Shown here in pieces: positions 9,356 through 19,738 of a stretch of 64,000 bases of DNA. Position numbers and translations under genes: made by a program. The stretch comes from Candidatus Magasanikiibacteriota bacterium. Lineage in GTDB: Bacteria > Patescibacteriota > Patescibacteriia > Magasanikbacterales > GWA2-37-8. Positions within the stretch are counted from its first letter, which is position 1; every line of letters starts with the position of its first letter. Location of the stretch: positions 13,728 to 77,727 of the forward strand of contig JAUSEN010000015.1 of NCBI GenBank assembly GCA_030650025.1, read 5' to 3'. The notes under the pieces were generated by a model. That model did no database searches. It worked only from the letters and a program-made list of their open reading frames with translations, and was not told the DNA's origin.

Positions 9356-10297
9356 ATGAAAAAAACAAATAATTTTAAAATTAAAAAAGACAGTCCTTCA
9401 TACCAGTTAAAATCCGGCTCACCTCGCCTTTGGCTTATCAAGGCGGGCCTCGCCCAAATGCTGAAGGGCGGGGTTATTATGGATGTGGTGAATGTTGAAC
9501 AGGCTAAGATCGCCGAAGCGGCGGGCGCCTGCGCTGTCATGGCCCTGGAAAGAGTGCCAGCGGATATTCGCGCCGCCGGCGGCGTGGCCCGCATGGCCGA
9601 CCCTGGCTTGATTATCGCAATTATGAAGGCAGTTTCTATCCCCGTGATGGCTAAATGCCGGATCGGTCATTTTGTGGAAGCCCAAATTTTAGAAGCCATA
9701 GAAGTGGACTATATCGACGAGTCCGAGGTTTTAACTCCGGCTGACGAAGAAGCGCATATTAATAAAACTAATTTTCAAGTTCCCTTTGTCTGTGGCTGTC
9801 GTAATTTGGGCGAGGCTCTGCGTCGCATCAACGAAGGCGCGGCCATGATTCGCACTAAAGGAGAGGCTGGCACGGGGAACGTGGTGGAAGCAGTGCGGCA
9901 TCAAAAAGCCCTCACGCGCGAAATCAAAAATTTGCAAAAGTTGCCTCTCTTAGCCTGCCAAAAAGTAGCTAAAGCCATGCGCGTTCCGCTTGCTCTAGTA
10001 TTAACCGTAAAAAAATTTGGCCGGCTTCCCGTAGTTAATTTTGCGGCTGGCGGTATTGCCACGCCCGCTGATGCCGCCCTCATGATGCAACTCGGGAGCG
10101 ATGGTGTGTTTGTGGGGTCAGGTATTTTTAAATCCAAGAATCCTGCCAAAACAGCGCGGGCCATTGTCGCGGCGGTCACGCATTATGATAATGCTAAAAT
10201 GCTGTCCAAAGTTTCAGCCAACTTAGGCGAGCCCATGGTAGGGCAAGACGTCCGCGCCATCTCTGAACCAGAAAAGTTGTCAGCTCGCGGTATATAA
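9356..10297 (+). CDS. pdxS: pyridoxal 5'-phosphate synthase lyase subunit PdxS
   Basis: [38 protein letters not shown], highly characteristic PdxS/SNZ sequence; N-terminal about 30-aa extension (start 1 nt after tRNA-Gln, true start may lie downstream). Confidence 0.92.
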   Translation: MKKTNNFKIKKDSPSYQLKSGSPRLWLIKAGLAQMLKGGVIMDVVNVEQAKIAEAAGACAVMALERVPADIRAAGGVARMADPGLIIAIMKAVSIPVMAKCRIGHFVEAQILEAIEVDYIDESEVLTPADEEAHINKTNFQVPFVCGCRNLGEALRRINEGAAMIRTKGEAGTGNVVEAVRHQKALTREIKNLQKLPLLACQKVAKAMRVPLALVLTVKKFGRLPVVNFAAGGIATPADAALMMQLGSDGVFVGSGIFKSKNPAKTARAIVAAVTHYDNAKMLSKVSANLGEPMVGQDVRAISEPEKLSARGI

Positions 10298-10312
10298 CAA
10301 GAATCACGGAAT

Positions 10313-10921
10313 TTGATGTTTATGAGTGGAATAAAAAATATTACTATCGGCATACTCGCTCTCCAAGGCGATTTTTTTGAACATGCCCAAGTGCTTCGCA
10401 ATTTAGGCGTTAAAAATAAATATATTAAAACCGCCGATGATTTAAAAAATATTAATGGCCTCATTATCCCGGGAGGGGAGAGCACTGTAATGGCGCGGCT
10501 CTTAAAATTAACTGGTTTAGATAAAAAAATTGTTTTTTTAGCTAAGCGCGGCCTGCCCATTTGGGGCACTTGCGCTGGCTTGATTCTTCTCTCTAACCGC
10601 GTCCGGGGAGGTAATTTTAGACCTTTGCGTCTTCTCCCCATCTCTGTGAATCGCAACTCATATGGCCGGCAAATCAACAGCTTCAGCGAACCCTTGGTAG
10701 TCCCGGTGCTTGGCCAAAAATCAATGTACGCAGTTTATATTCGCGCTCCGCAAATTACTAATACCAACAAGAATGTAATTGTTTTAGCCAGGCGCTTAAA
10801 TAAACAAGCGGTGGCTGTTCAGTACCAAAATATTCTGGGCACGGCCTTTCATCCCGAATTAACCGCGGACAGCCGTTTCCATGGTTATTTCCTAGCTCTT
10901 GTTAGGAAAAACGCGTCCTAA
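10313..10921 (+). CDS. pdxT: pyridoxal 5'-phosphate synthase glutaminase subunit PdxT
   Basis: IGILALQGDFFEH N-terminus, class I glutamine amidotransferase Cys (GTCAG) and HPE triad elements; follows pdxS. Confidence 0.85.
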   Translation: MMFMSGIKNITIGILALQGDFFEHAQVLRNLGVKNKYIKTADDLKNINGLIIPGGESTVMARLLKLTGLDKKIVFLAKRGLPIWGTCAGLILLSNRVRGGNFRPLRLLPISVNRNSYGRQINSFSEPLVVPVLGQKSMYAVYIRAPQITNTNKNVIVLARRLNKQAVAVQYQNILGTAFHPELTADSRFHGYFLALVRKNAS

Positions 10922-10971
10922 GCCCGTTTAACTGGTTTTTTGTGCCTATTTTTGGTATCATATAGGCTGGA

Positions 10972-12396
10972 ATGACATACAGTATTACTCAAAACACCGT
11001 CTATTTAACTGTCGCTTCGGTATTACAAAAAGCGATTTCTTTTGTTTATTTTACCATTGTTGCTCGCATCATTGGAGTAGAAAATACCGGCCAATATTTT
11101 TTCGCCTTGGCTTTTGCCAGCGTTTTTGCCGTGGTCGCGGATTTTGGCATGGGGCCAATTTTAACGCGCGAAATGGCTCGCACTCCCGAGCGTTCCGAGC
11201 GCTATGTAAATAATTTGCTCTTATCCAAATTGCTTTTTGGCGCTGTCGCTTTTATTTTTATTATTGGTTTCGCCAATCTCCTTAACTATGGCAGCGCTCT
11301 CAAGCTTTTGATTTATATGGCCGGGGTGACTATGTTTTTCGATAATTTGCAAACCGTTTTTTATAGCACCTTTCGCGCTCATAAAAATTTAAAGGTGGAA
11401 GCGGTGGGTTTGGTAGTTTCTCAATTTTTGACGCTCTGTTTTGGCACCGTGGCGCTTCTAAGCCGCGCGCCGCTCGTTTATTTGATAGCCTCTTACACTG
11501 CCGCGAGTTTAATAATGGTCTGTTACGGCGCCTATATGGTTAAGACCAGGCTCCACCTCAAGCTTAATTTTGAATTTGACTGGTCCATTCTGCGCTTTTT
11601 TTTAAAATACTCTTGGGCTTTCGCGGCCGCGGCCATTCTTAGCCGTTTGTATGCCTACACTGATTCCATTTTTATTTCTAAGATTTTACCGCCCGCGCAT
11701 TTAGGTTGGTGGAGTGTTCCCTACAAAATTGCTTTTGCCTGGCAATTTATCCCCGTGGCCGTTGCCACCAGCCTTTATCCGGTATTCAGCCGCCACTTTA
11801 AAGATGTTGAGAAGATTAGAGAGACCTTTATCAAAGCTTGGCGTTATCTATTTATGGTGGTTTTCCCTCTCGCCCTAGGTATTATTGCCGTGGCGCGGCC
11901 TTTGGTTCTGAAGCTTTATGGCGCCGAATTTGAGCCATCTATTATTGTCCTGCAAGTCTTGATGTTAAGTCTTATTTTTGGCTTCTTGTCTTTTATATCT
12001 GGAGCCGTCTTGAACGCTTCCAACCGCCAAAACACGCAAACAGTTCTCATGGGTGTGGCCTTGATTGTCAATGTTATTTTAAATCTTCTCCTTTTACCTA
12101 GGTATGGATTAGTTGGCGCGGCTTGGGCCGCTTTGGCCACCAATATCATTCTTACGGTGGCAGGATTTATGATGTGCGATCGTTTCTTAAAATTTTCTTA
12201 CTTGGCGATATTTAAATTAGCCCTGCGTTACTTAATACCCGCGGTTATTATGAGTGTGTCTACCGCTAAACTTATCCCGGTTGTTACTATATTCCCCGCT
12301 ATTTTAATCTCCATATTGTTATATGGCCTTCTTATTTTGATAACGAGAGGCGTTCTTTTCAGCGAACTTAAAGAATTATATCAGCGTTTTACATAA
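10972..12396 (+). CDS. polysaccharide flippase (Wzx/MOP superfamily)
   Basis: 474 aa, about 12-14 TM helices, typical oligosaccharide flippase topology; first gene of glycan module. Confidence 0.7.
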   Translation: MTYSITQNTVYLTVASVLQKAISFVYFTIVARIIGVENTGQYFFALAFASVFAVVADFGMGPILTREMARTPERSERYVNNLLLSKLLFGAVAFIFIIGFANLLNYGSALKLLIYMAGVTMFFDNLQTVFYSTFRAHKNLKVEAVGLVVSQFLTLCFGTVALLSRAPLVYLIASYTAASLIMVCYGAYMVKTRLHLKLNFEFDWSILRFFLKYSWAFAAAAILSRLYAYTDSIFISKILPPAHLGWWSVPYKIAFAWQFIPVAVATSLYPVFSRHFKDVEKIRETFIKAWRYLFMVVFPLALGIIAVARPLVLKLYGAEFEPSIIVLQVLMLSLIFGFLSFISGAVLNASNRQNTQTVLMGVALIVNVILNLLLLPRYGLVGAAWAALATNIILTVAGFMMCDRFLKFSYLAIFKLALRYLIPAVIMSVSTAKLIPVVTIFPAILISILLYGLLILITRGVLFSELKELYQRFT

Positions 12397-12398
12397 AT

Positions 12399-13520
12399 AT
12401 GCCCAAAAGACTCCTCATTACACTGGAATATTTCCCGCAAATTGGAGGTATTGCTTCATATGTGCATAATTTTGCGAAGCATTTAAATAAAGAAGAAACA
12501 GTTCTGTACGCGCCCGCCTCTTCCGGAAGCGCTAAATTTGACGAGGCCTCTGGCCTGACAGTATATCGTCGTAGCCCGTTTTTTTTACTGTGGTGGCCGC
12601 GCTGGTTAAAACTGCTTTTCCAAGTTTGGTGGATTATCGCTAAAGAAACCATTACCGAGATTCATGTTCACCAAGCCTTGCCCGTTGGCTATATTGCTTT
12701 GTTTTTTAAAAAATTTAAAAACATTCCCTATGTTTTATTTTTACATGGGTCGGATTTAGAATATGGCCTGCGTCCGGCCAAGCGTTTTAAATTTAAACAC
12801 ATTTGCACAGAGGCCAATCGCCTCGTTGTTAATAGCGAATTTTTGCGCCACAAGTTAGAGAGTAAGATTGATAACCTGCCTACCATTCAGGTAATTTACC
12901 CCGGGCCGAGTGACGTTTTTTTTAAACCAGTGGAGCCAGTCAAGATTCAAACCTTAAAAAGTCGGCTGGGTCTGTCGGGCAAAAAAATTTTGCTGACTGT
13001 TTCTCGGCTGGTGGATGGCAAAGGTTTGCCGCAAATGCTAACCTGCCTTGCGAAGCTGGTCGCTCTTGATTCGCAAGTGGTTTGGGTGCTAGTCGGAACT
13101 GGCCCCAAAATGAGTATCTTGTCCGCCGCTGTGCAAAAATTAAACCTTCAGAATTCAGTGCGTTTTATTGGCGATGTCGCCAATTCCGAATTGCCTAATT
13201 TTTACCACCTGGCTGATATTTTTAGTTTGCTCACTCACCCCGATCTCGAAGCCGAGGAGGGTTGGGGCACAGTTTTTTTGGAAGCCAGCGCTAGTGGCCT
13301 TCCCATTGTGGCGGGGCGCGTTGGGGGCGTCGATGAATCAGTTATAAATGGTTTGACCGGGTTTGTAGTCGAAGCCAATAATACCACAGAAGTTTTTAAC
13401 GCTTTTACAGAGTTATTGTCCAATTTAGAGTTGCGCCATCAAATGGGAGAGGCTGGTAAACAGCGGGTTTATAACGAATTTCGTTGGGAAATACAAATTA
13501 ATAAATTTTTAGCTACCTAA
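12399..13520 (+). CDS. glycosyltransferase family 4 (GT-B)
   Basis: C-terminal motif EASASGLPIVAGRVGGVDESVINGLTGFVV typical of GT4 retaining glycosyltransferases. Confidence 0.8.
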   Translation: MPKRLLITLEYFPQIGGIASYVHNFAKHLNKEETVLYAPASSGSAKFDEASGLTVYRRSPFFLLWWPRWLKLLFQVWWIIAKETITEIHVHQALPVGYIALFFKKFKNIPYVLFLHGSDLEYGLRPAKRFKFKHICTEANRLVVNSEFLRHKLESKIDNLPTIQVIYPGPSDVFFKPVEPVKIQTLKSRLGLSGKKILLTVSRLVDGKGLPQMLTCLAKLVALDSQVVWVLVGTGPKMSILSAAVQKLNLQNSVRFIGDVANSELPNFYHLADIFSLLTHPDLEAEEGWGTVFLEASASGLPIVAGRVGGVDESVINGLTGFVVEANNTTEVFNAFTELLSNLELRHQMGEAGKQRVYNEFRWEIQINKFLAT

Positions 13521-13522
13521 TT

Positions 13523-14266
13523 TTGACTGTCTCAACCAAAATGCTGCCTTTAATTTCTGTCATAATTCCAGTTTATAATCACGCTAAGGCTTTGCGAAAG
13601 TCTCTGGTTTCTTTAGGCGCGCAAACTTATGATAATTTAGAAATAATTATTATTAACGATGGCAGTAATGACAATATTGATGAGGTAGTGACTAATTTTC
13701 AAAGAGATCATATTGTTAAATATATTGTTCAGCCTAATCAAGGCGCCAGCGCGGCTCGCAACAAAGGCTTTAGTTTGGCCAGAGGCGAATATATTATTTT
13801 TTGGGACGCGGATACTATTGCCCCTAAAATTTTTTTAGAAACATTACTTCATGCGCTGGCCACTTGGCCCAACGCCAGTTATGCCTACTGCTCTTATCGC
13901 TTTGGCCTAAAATTAATGTGTAGTCGCGAGTTTTCCAGTGAGGACTTGCGCCACACCAATTATATTGACACCACCTCTTTAATTCGTCGGTCGGCTTTAG
14001 TGGATTTGAGTGGGCCCTTTGATATCACCCTTAAGAGATTCCAAGATTGGGACTTATGGCTTACATTGCTTGCTAAAAATCGGATCGGAGTTTTTGTGCC
14101 ATCTCTAATTTTTAAAAAAATAACTCATGGCCGCTTGGGCATGAGCCAGTGGTGGCCGCGGATTTTTTTTAATTTGCCCTGGCAAATTCCCGCTGTCAAG
14201 AATTATCTTCTGGCTAAACGCGCGGTTGAGTTAAAACATGATCTTTTGAATAAAGCCAGGCGCTAA
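13523..14266 (+). CDS. glycosyltransferase family 2 (GT-A)
   Basis: VIIPVYNHAKALRKSL...IIINDGSND...DAD motifs of GT2. Confidence 0.8.
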   Translation: MTVSTKMLPLISVIIPVYNHAKALRKSLVSLGAQTYDNLEIIIINDGSNDNIDEVVTNFQRDHIVKYIVQPNQGASAARNKGFSLARGEYIIFWDADTIAPKIFLETLLHALATWPNASYAYCSYRFGLKLMCSREFSSEDLRHTNYIDTTSLIRRSALVDLSGPFDITLKRFQDWDLWLTLLAKNRIGVFVPSLIFKKITHGRLGMSQWWPRIFFNLPWQIPAVKNYLLAKRAVELKHDLLNKARR

Positions 14267-15626
14267 GACTAGTGAGAAGTACTATTCCTAAAACATGAAA
14301 TAAAGCCGGGGATGTTAAATTGACAACTAATAAAGCCGAGAGGATCGCCCACCACAATTTAAGTTCGTCTAACGCTCTTATTTTTTGTAATAATACCAGT
14401 AAATAAAATCCCCACGCGGCTAAGCCGAGTAGCCCCAGTTCGGCCCAAATTTCTAAGTATCCCCAATCAAAATGCGGAGTAGTAATATCTTCTTTAAAAA
14501 TTGGGCTGTACACTGTTACGGTATCGCCGAGGCCAGTGCCGATGAGGGGGTGAATCTTAATTTTATTCAAAATTTTCGGCAAGAGCAGTACGCGGCTCAA
14601 GGCGCTGTCCTCAATTTGTGGAGTGACTACGCTTTGGAGGCGGAGCCCAAACAGCTCGAAGCCGAGCGATCGCCCACGGCTGGCGCCGAGATGCAAAGTG
14701 GTAAAAATTAGCACCAATAACATAATCGTACCAATACTCCCGAACAGCCAGCGTTTAATAAATTGCCGGCTAAATAAAAATATTAACCCGACGCCGAGCG
14801 CTAAAATATAAATGCGCGTTAAATTGGTAGCTAGCACTATGAGGAGCGCGGGCACGGCCAGTTTATAGCGCGTGTCTTTGGATTTTTTTATCAAATTATT
14901 AACGTAATATAAAATTAGCGGCACGAGCAGTAAATGCTCGTTTAAAACTAAGCGGAAATAATTAAACGGCAAGGTGGTGATCTTGCCCAAAGCGACATCA
15001 CGCCACCAGTGGTAGTAGACATCTTGCAAGATAAACAAATTTGCCGAATATAACGCGAATGTCGCTAGCACAAAAAGCGCGTTTGCTAGCGCGGCGGCAA
15101 AACAGGCGTCTAAAACAAATAATTTAAATTTTTCATCGCGCCACCATTCTTGGAGCGGGAAAAAATACAGCAAAAATAAATAAGGGAGGAAGTCTGAAGC
15201 CACTAGGCCCGCGGCGTGCCAATTAAAATAGCCCCTGATAGCTCCAAACAGCCCTGCCAAGAGTAGCCCGCAGAGCGCCAGGCTAACAGGCCAAGCTTGG
15301 AAAAAAGTCTTTTTGAGGTTGGCTGGCAATAGTTTTTTCCCCAAGAAAATGCTAACAGTCAATATCAAAAACCAAGTGCGCAGCGACAGTCCGGCTAAAG
15401 CTAAAAACCCCCCGGCTCCTCCTAGAATAAATTCTCCGGCAATCAAGACAATCGCCGCTTTCTCATTATAACATAACCAGTATACTGCCAAGATTATTAT
15501 TAATAATGTTACCAAGCCATTAACTGGACTCGCTGGCCACAGAGGCGTTTCAGGATTAAAGCTAAAGGAAAACAAACGTAACGCGAAATAAGACAAAAAT
15601 AAATAACCAAATCTTTTGTTAAACAT
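14214..15626 (-). CDS. O-antigen ligase/polymerase-like membrane protein (Wzy/WaaL family)
   Basis: 470 aa polytopic membrane protein with a large external loop HPLIGTGLGDTVTVYS...WGYLEIWAELGLLGL typical of O-antigen ligase domain. Confidence 0.65.
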   Translation of the reverse strand: MFNKRFGYLFLSYFALRLFSFSFNPETPLWPASPVNGLVTLLIIILAVYWLCYNEKAAIVLIAGEFILGGAGGFLALAGLSLRTWFLILTVSIFLGKKLLPANLKKTFFQAWPVSLALCGLLLAGLFGAIRGYFNWHAAGLVASDFLPYLFLLYFFPLQEWWRDEKFKLFVLDACFAAALANALFVLATFALYSANLFILQDVYYHWWRDVALGKITTLPFNYFRLVLNEHLLLVPLILYYVNNLIKKSKDTRYKLAVPALLIVLATNLTRIYILALGVGLIFLFSRQFIKRWLFGSIGTIMLLVLIFTTLHLGASRGRSLGFELFGLRLQSVVTPQIEDSALSRVLLLPKILNKIKIHPLIGTGLGDTVTVYSPIFKEDITTPHFDWGYLEIWAELGLLGLAAWGFYLLVLLQKIRALDELKLWWAILSALLVVNLTSPALFHVLGIVLLTSLSAWLYSKDHVLTQPRV

Positions 15627-15628
15627 AT

Positions 15629-16564
15629 TTATTTAAGTATCGCGCCTGCTAGTTCTCGGTGCCCGGCTAAAAATTGTTCTGTTTTGAGAGGTTTTCCACC
15701 TTCAAGCTGTAGCTCGTGAACAGCGATACTTCCGGAAGCTGTGCCGATCTTTAGCAAATTGTTAATCAGATTTACTTGGGCAGGCTTAAGGACCAGCGTA
15801 GAAGTTTCGTTTTCGTCATAAGAAATTTTTAAAAACTTTAAACGTTTCTGGCCCCAGAAAGTAAATATGCCCGGCCATTTGTGATAGGCGCGATACTGGT
15901 TATAAATCTCTCGGGCCGGTTTTTGCCAATTAACGCGGCCCTGGTCTTTGGCAATTCGCTGGCAAAAAATTGCCACTGTCTCATTTTGCGCGGCCGGAAC
16001 AATTTTGCCATTATAAAAATCCCGGGCTGTAGGTATAAGTAATTTTGCGCCCGCTTCCGTAGCCCGCGCCTCCACCGTTTCGTAGAGCTCATCTTTTTGG
16101 AGCTCTAGCGTAGTTTGCGCTAAAATTGGCCCATGGTCCATTTTGGTATCCATGAGCATTATGCTTATGCCAATAGTTTCGTCGCCTCGTAAAATTGCCT
16201 CATGTAGCGGAGTCGCGCCGCGGTAGCGCGGCAAGGCCGACGGATGCAGATTAATTGCCCCTAATTTAGCTAAAGATAGCGTTGATTCAGGCATTATTAG
16301 CCCATACTGATAAACAATAAAAATATCCGGTCGGGGAATTTCGAGCGGCGGATTATAATCTAGCAAACTCTCTGGCTGTAGTACGCGGATTCCACGTTTT
16401 TCCGCCGCTACCTTAACCGCGCCAGCCTCTTTAATATGGCCTCGGCCGGTGGCTTTGTCCGGCTGTGCCACGACCGCTAAAATTTTAAAATCACCCGCCT
16501 CAAAAATTTGCGTTAAAATTTGCGCCGCGGGCTCGGGCGTGCCAAAAAACCAAACATTAATCAT
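15629..16564 (-). CDS. fmt: methionyl-tRNA formyltransferase
   Basis: N-terminal formyltransferase domain (FFGTPEPAAQIL, HPSALPRYRGATP) plus C-terminal Fmt domain; def-fmt synteny. Confidence 0.9.
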   Translation of the reverse strand: MINVWFFGTPEPAAQILTQIFEAGDFKILAVVAQPDKATGRGHIKEAGAVKVAAEKRGIRVLQPESLLDYNPPLEIPRPDIFIVYQYGLIMPESTLSLAKLGAINLHPSALPRYRGATPLHEAILRGDETIGISIMLMDTKMDHGPILAQTTLELQKDELYETVEARATEAGAKLLIPTARDFYNGKIVPAAQNETVAIFCQRIAKDQGRVNWQKPAREIYNQYRAYHKWPGIFTFWGQKRLKFLKISYDENETSTLVLKPAQVNLINNLLKIGTASGSIAVHELQLEGGKPLKTEQFLAGHRELAGAILK

Positions 16565-17075
16565 ACCGCTTATATTGGGAGTCAGGTTTTTTGGTTACGG
16601 CTTTATGTAAATCCTTGGCATTTTCTATGTATAAATGGCCTTGCAAGTGGTCGCATTCATGCTGGATAATCCGAGCAAAAAAATCTTCAGCCACAAAATT
16701 AATTTTTTCTCCTTTCGAACTTAGCGCCTTGACCCGAATTTTAGTGTAACGCTTAATTTTTCCATACATTCGAGGAACCGACAAGCACCCCTCCTCGTCC
16801 CACTCTTGATGGCGGTCAATCTTTTCCCAAGTAGGGTTTATTAAACATAAATCCTCCCGTGGATTCAGGGCATTGTAAGTTTTGATAATCGTACAAATTT
16901 GCTGGCCGACTCCTACTTGCACGGCCGCGAGCCCGACGCCGTCTTTGACATACATCGTTTCCACCATGTCTTTGATAAATTTTTGGATAGCTCTGGTTTT
17001 TACCTGATCTCCCGGTATCGGGAGAGCTCTGGCATGAAGAATGGGGTTGGGGTCAAATACTATGTCGTATATCAT
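16557..17075 (-). CDS. def: peptide deformylase
   Basis: Motifs GVGLAAVQVG, EGCLSVP, QHECDHLQG. Confidence 0.9.
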   Translation of the reverse strand: MIYDIVFDPNPILHARALPIPGDQVKTRAIQKFIKDMVETMYVKDGVGLAAVQVGVGQQICTIIKTYNALNPREDLCLINPTWEKIDRHQEWDEEGCLSVPRMYGKIKRYTKIRVKALSSKGEKINFVAEDFFARIIQHECDHLQGHLYIENAKDLHKAVTKKPDSQYKRYD

Positions 17076-17081
17076 AGTGGC

Positions 17082-18932
17082 TTAAAAAAATAAATTGTTA
17101 GGGTTAATATCAACTTTCCAGGGTTCGGGAAGAGTCTTTATAAGAATGGTAGCCATCTGCCAATCACTCGGCGGCTGAATTTTTATTATAAAAATAGCGC
17201 GCTGATTCGCTGTCGTGTTGTCTATTGTAATCCTAGAAGCGTCCATCGTCAATTCCCGCAGTTTAGCTTCCAGTTGCTCCGCGGCCGCGGCCGCGCTTAG
17301 AGGGTTTTTAAAATCAGCAAAAAACTTTAGTAAAATAGCAAAAGGCGGCCAGCGAAATTGCTCTCGCTCCGCTAGTTCAGCCTCATAAAATTTTTTAGGG
17401 TTGCCAAAAAATTTAAAAAAATTATGATCCGCGTAGCGCGTTTGGAGTAGAGGCGACAAAGCCAGGCGCAGGCCAGCCTCTCTTAAAGTATGCCAGAGCT
17501 CCATGGCTGCCTGCCAGCCTCCCCCGATGAGCGCTAAATCAGCGTCAAAAAATGCCAGGGCGCCAATTTTCTCCCCCGCGATTTTATTAAGGACAAAAGA
17601 TGTCCCCACCACGATACTGCCAGGCAAACCGGCTTCTAAATTATCCGGAAGCTTTTTAAACTTATCAACCACGAACACCGGGCGTTCAGGAAATCGGCGG
17701 CGGATTTCTCGAGCCACAAAATCTACCCCGAGGCCGGAATAAACCACCGTCAGCCCGCCACAGCGGCGGCAGCTGTTCCCCTGGGCGGGGATTTGGTTGC
17801 ATTTTGGGCAGAATAATTCTTTGCTAGCTGATTGCATTGCCAAATTGGCGCCGCATTTTAAACAGTCATAAGGCAAGGCGCAGTCTTGGCAAAAAATTAA
17901 ATGCGCTTCGCCGCGGCGGGCCACGATAAGTAAATTGAATTTTGTTTTATTATTACTAAATTGAGAAATCAAGCGTTCGGAAAAAATTGTCCGATTCCCG
18001 CCTTTTTTTTCATCACGCATATTCACAATTTCCGGCAAAATAACCGGCAGTTGGTCAAGAGCAGGGGGCGCGGAGCTTTGGATTTCATAATACAATTCCG
18101 CCGATGGGCTATGAGCGTAGTAGATAATTTTTGCCTGATGAGCGGTGGCTAAAAGCCGCGCCGCTTCGCGCGTAGTGTAGCGCGGCGCCATGTCAAAGCT
18201 TTTATAACTGGGGTTACCCTCATCCACCATATGAATTTGGGTAAGATCCTGGAAGGGTAAACTAAGCGCGCGCCGCGTGCCGCCTATTACCAAGTTTTTC
18301 CCGAGGAAAAGATCAAACCAAATATCTTTGTAATCACGAGTGCTGGTTTCTCCTGAAACGAACCGCGTGCGGTGCTTAATTTTTTTAGGCAACAATTTTT
18401 TAATCGCCAATAAATCCTGGGTTTCGGGTAATAAGATCAAGGTTTGACCGCGGCTCTCGAGGTGGTTAAAAATGTCGGTCAATACAACGCCCTCGTCTTT
18501 AAAGCTGGCAAAGTTAAGCCGAGTTTTAGCGCTAGCGGGTATAGCGAGCGGCAGTTGTTGGCTACGCGCCCGAGCGTTAGTGGCCGCTAATTTTTTTAAA
18601 AAACTTTTTGTTAAATTGGGCAAGGCAGATTTAATCAGCCAGCCGAGGGGCGCGCGGTAGCGTTCGGCAATTTGTTTAAACCAAAAAATTTGCGCACAGT
18701 TAATGAGAGCTGTTTCAGTAAGGACGCTTTCTATACTTTTAATTTTTTTACTCTCATCTAGGACGGATTTTTTTGCCAACGCTAAAATTATGGCTGGCTC
18801 CGTTTTTTCGCGGAAGGGGACGGCGACCATTTGGCCAACACACAGTTTGGTTTGGAGACTGTTTGGCGCTAGGTAGTCTAACCTGGCAATACTAAAAGGC
18901 AGCCGCCTTAATAAAGCTACCTCTACAATCAT
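17082..18932 (-). CDS. priA: primosomal protein N' (PriA) homolog lacking recognisable ATPase motifs
   Basis: Conserved priA-def-fmt synteny; C-terminal Cys-rich zinc-binding region (CQDC...CLKC...CPKC...CRRC); helicase motif II region reads MVDEGNPSYKS instead of DEEHD and no GxxGxGKT P-loop is present. Confidence 0.7.
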   Translation of the reverse strand: MIVEVALLRRLPFSIARLDYLAPNSLQTKLCVGQMVAVPFREKTEPAIILALAKKSVLDESKKIKSIESVLTETALINCAQIFWFKQIAERYRAPLGWLIKSALPNLTKSFLKKLAATNARARSQQLPLAIPASAKTRLNFASFKDEGVVLTDIFNHLESRGQTLILLPETQDLLAIKKLLPKKIKHRTRFVSGETSTRDYKDIWFDLFLGKNLVIGGTRRALSLPFQDLTQIHMVDEGNPSYKSFDMAPRYTTREAARLLATAHQAKIIYYAHSPSAELYYEIQSSAPPALDQLPVILPEIVNMRDEKKGGNRTIFSERLISQFSNNKTKFNLLIVARRGEAHLIFCQDCALPYDCLKCGANLAMQSASKELFCPKCNQIPAQGNSCRRCGGLTVVYSGLGVDFVAREIRRRFPERPVFVVDKFKKLPDNLEAGLPGSIVVGTSFVLNKIAGEKIGALAFFDADLALIGGGWQAAMELWHTLREAGLRLALSPLLQTRYADHNFFKFFGNPKKFYEAELAEREQFRWPPFAILLKFFADFKNPLSAAAAAEQLEAKLRELTMDASRITIDNTTANQRAIFIIKIQPPSDWQMATILIKTLPEPWKVDINPNNLFF

Positions 18933-18941
18933 AATCTTAAT

Positions 18942-19733
18942 TTAAAAAACAAAATTAGCGGTCAAATAACCGACGCCAAACGGCGCTTCGTAAGAATACT
19001 CTTGGAAGGAATAATTAATATCGCGCATCACCCCGAGCAAAATTAAAATTGAACGCAGTCCGCACTCGGCTCCAGCTTCGATTAGATTAGCATCTAAATT
19101 CACCACCCCGGCGCTATTACGCGTCTCTAAGAGCTGGCGCAGGGTAGCGTCAAATTCCGCGGCCCGAGGGTTAAAACCAGCTGGAGCATCGGTAGTTAAA
19201 GCATGAGAGAGGTCGCCCGAGGCAATAATGGCCACTCGTAAATTAGTATTAACAATAACCTCTTTTAAATAAGTGCCAAATTCAAAATGAGTTTTGGCGT
19301 CAAAGTCAGAAAACCCAATTGGCAAAATCGGCACCTCTTTCAAGTGGCGCAGTAAATAATAAAGCGGCACCACGCTGCCGTGGTCTAAAGTCGTTTCACT
19401 GATCAGCTTCGTTTTAAAATTAGTATGCCCGGTTCCGTGCCGGACAGCGTTAGCGAGCGTGGACCCACCTCTAAACTTCAGATTAGTCGTTAAATCGCCA
19501 AATTCGCGCAAGTCTGACCGGTACTCTTCGCAAAAATTAATTGTCAAAGCTTCTGGCAAGAAAGTGCCATGGGGCGAAATTATTACGACAGTATCGGGCC
19601 GCCGGGCGTAAAGATCCTCTTCCAGTTTAAGGAGCGCGCGTCTAGTTTTATCTACTTTTTTTATAATTCGTTTGCCAATTGTCGGAATTAAAAGGGGCGG
19701 GTGCGGTGTAATGGCGGCAAATACTAGGGCCAT
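18942..19733 (-). CDS. class III extradiol dioxygenase (LigB/DODA/Memo-like) family protein
   Basis: ITPHPPLL, VVIISPHG, LDHGSVVPL, ASGDLSHAL blocks resembling the LigB-type fold (by recall). Confidence 0.45.
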   Translation of the reverse strand: MALVFAAITPHPPLLIPTIGKRIIKKVDKTRRALLKLEEDLYARRPDTVVIISPHGTFLPEALTINFCEEYRSDLREFGDLTTNLKFRGGSTLANAVRHGTGHTNFKTKLISETTLDHGSVVPLYYLLRHLKEVPILPIGFSDFDAKTHFEFGTYLKEVIVNTNLRVAIIASGDLSHALTTDAPAGFNPRAAEFDATLRQLLETRNSAGVVNLDANLIEAGAECGLRSILILLGVMRDINYSFQEYSYEAPFGVGYLTANFVF

Positions 19734-19738
19734 AGGTT

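Noticed and set aside
17778-17790. 13-mer CCCTGGGCGGGGA shared between priA and element A
   Set aside because: In priA it encodes the conserved Cys-rich zinc-finger region; short GC-rich match most likely chance.
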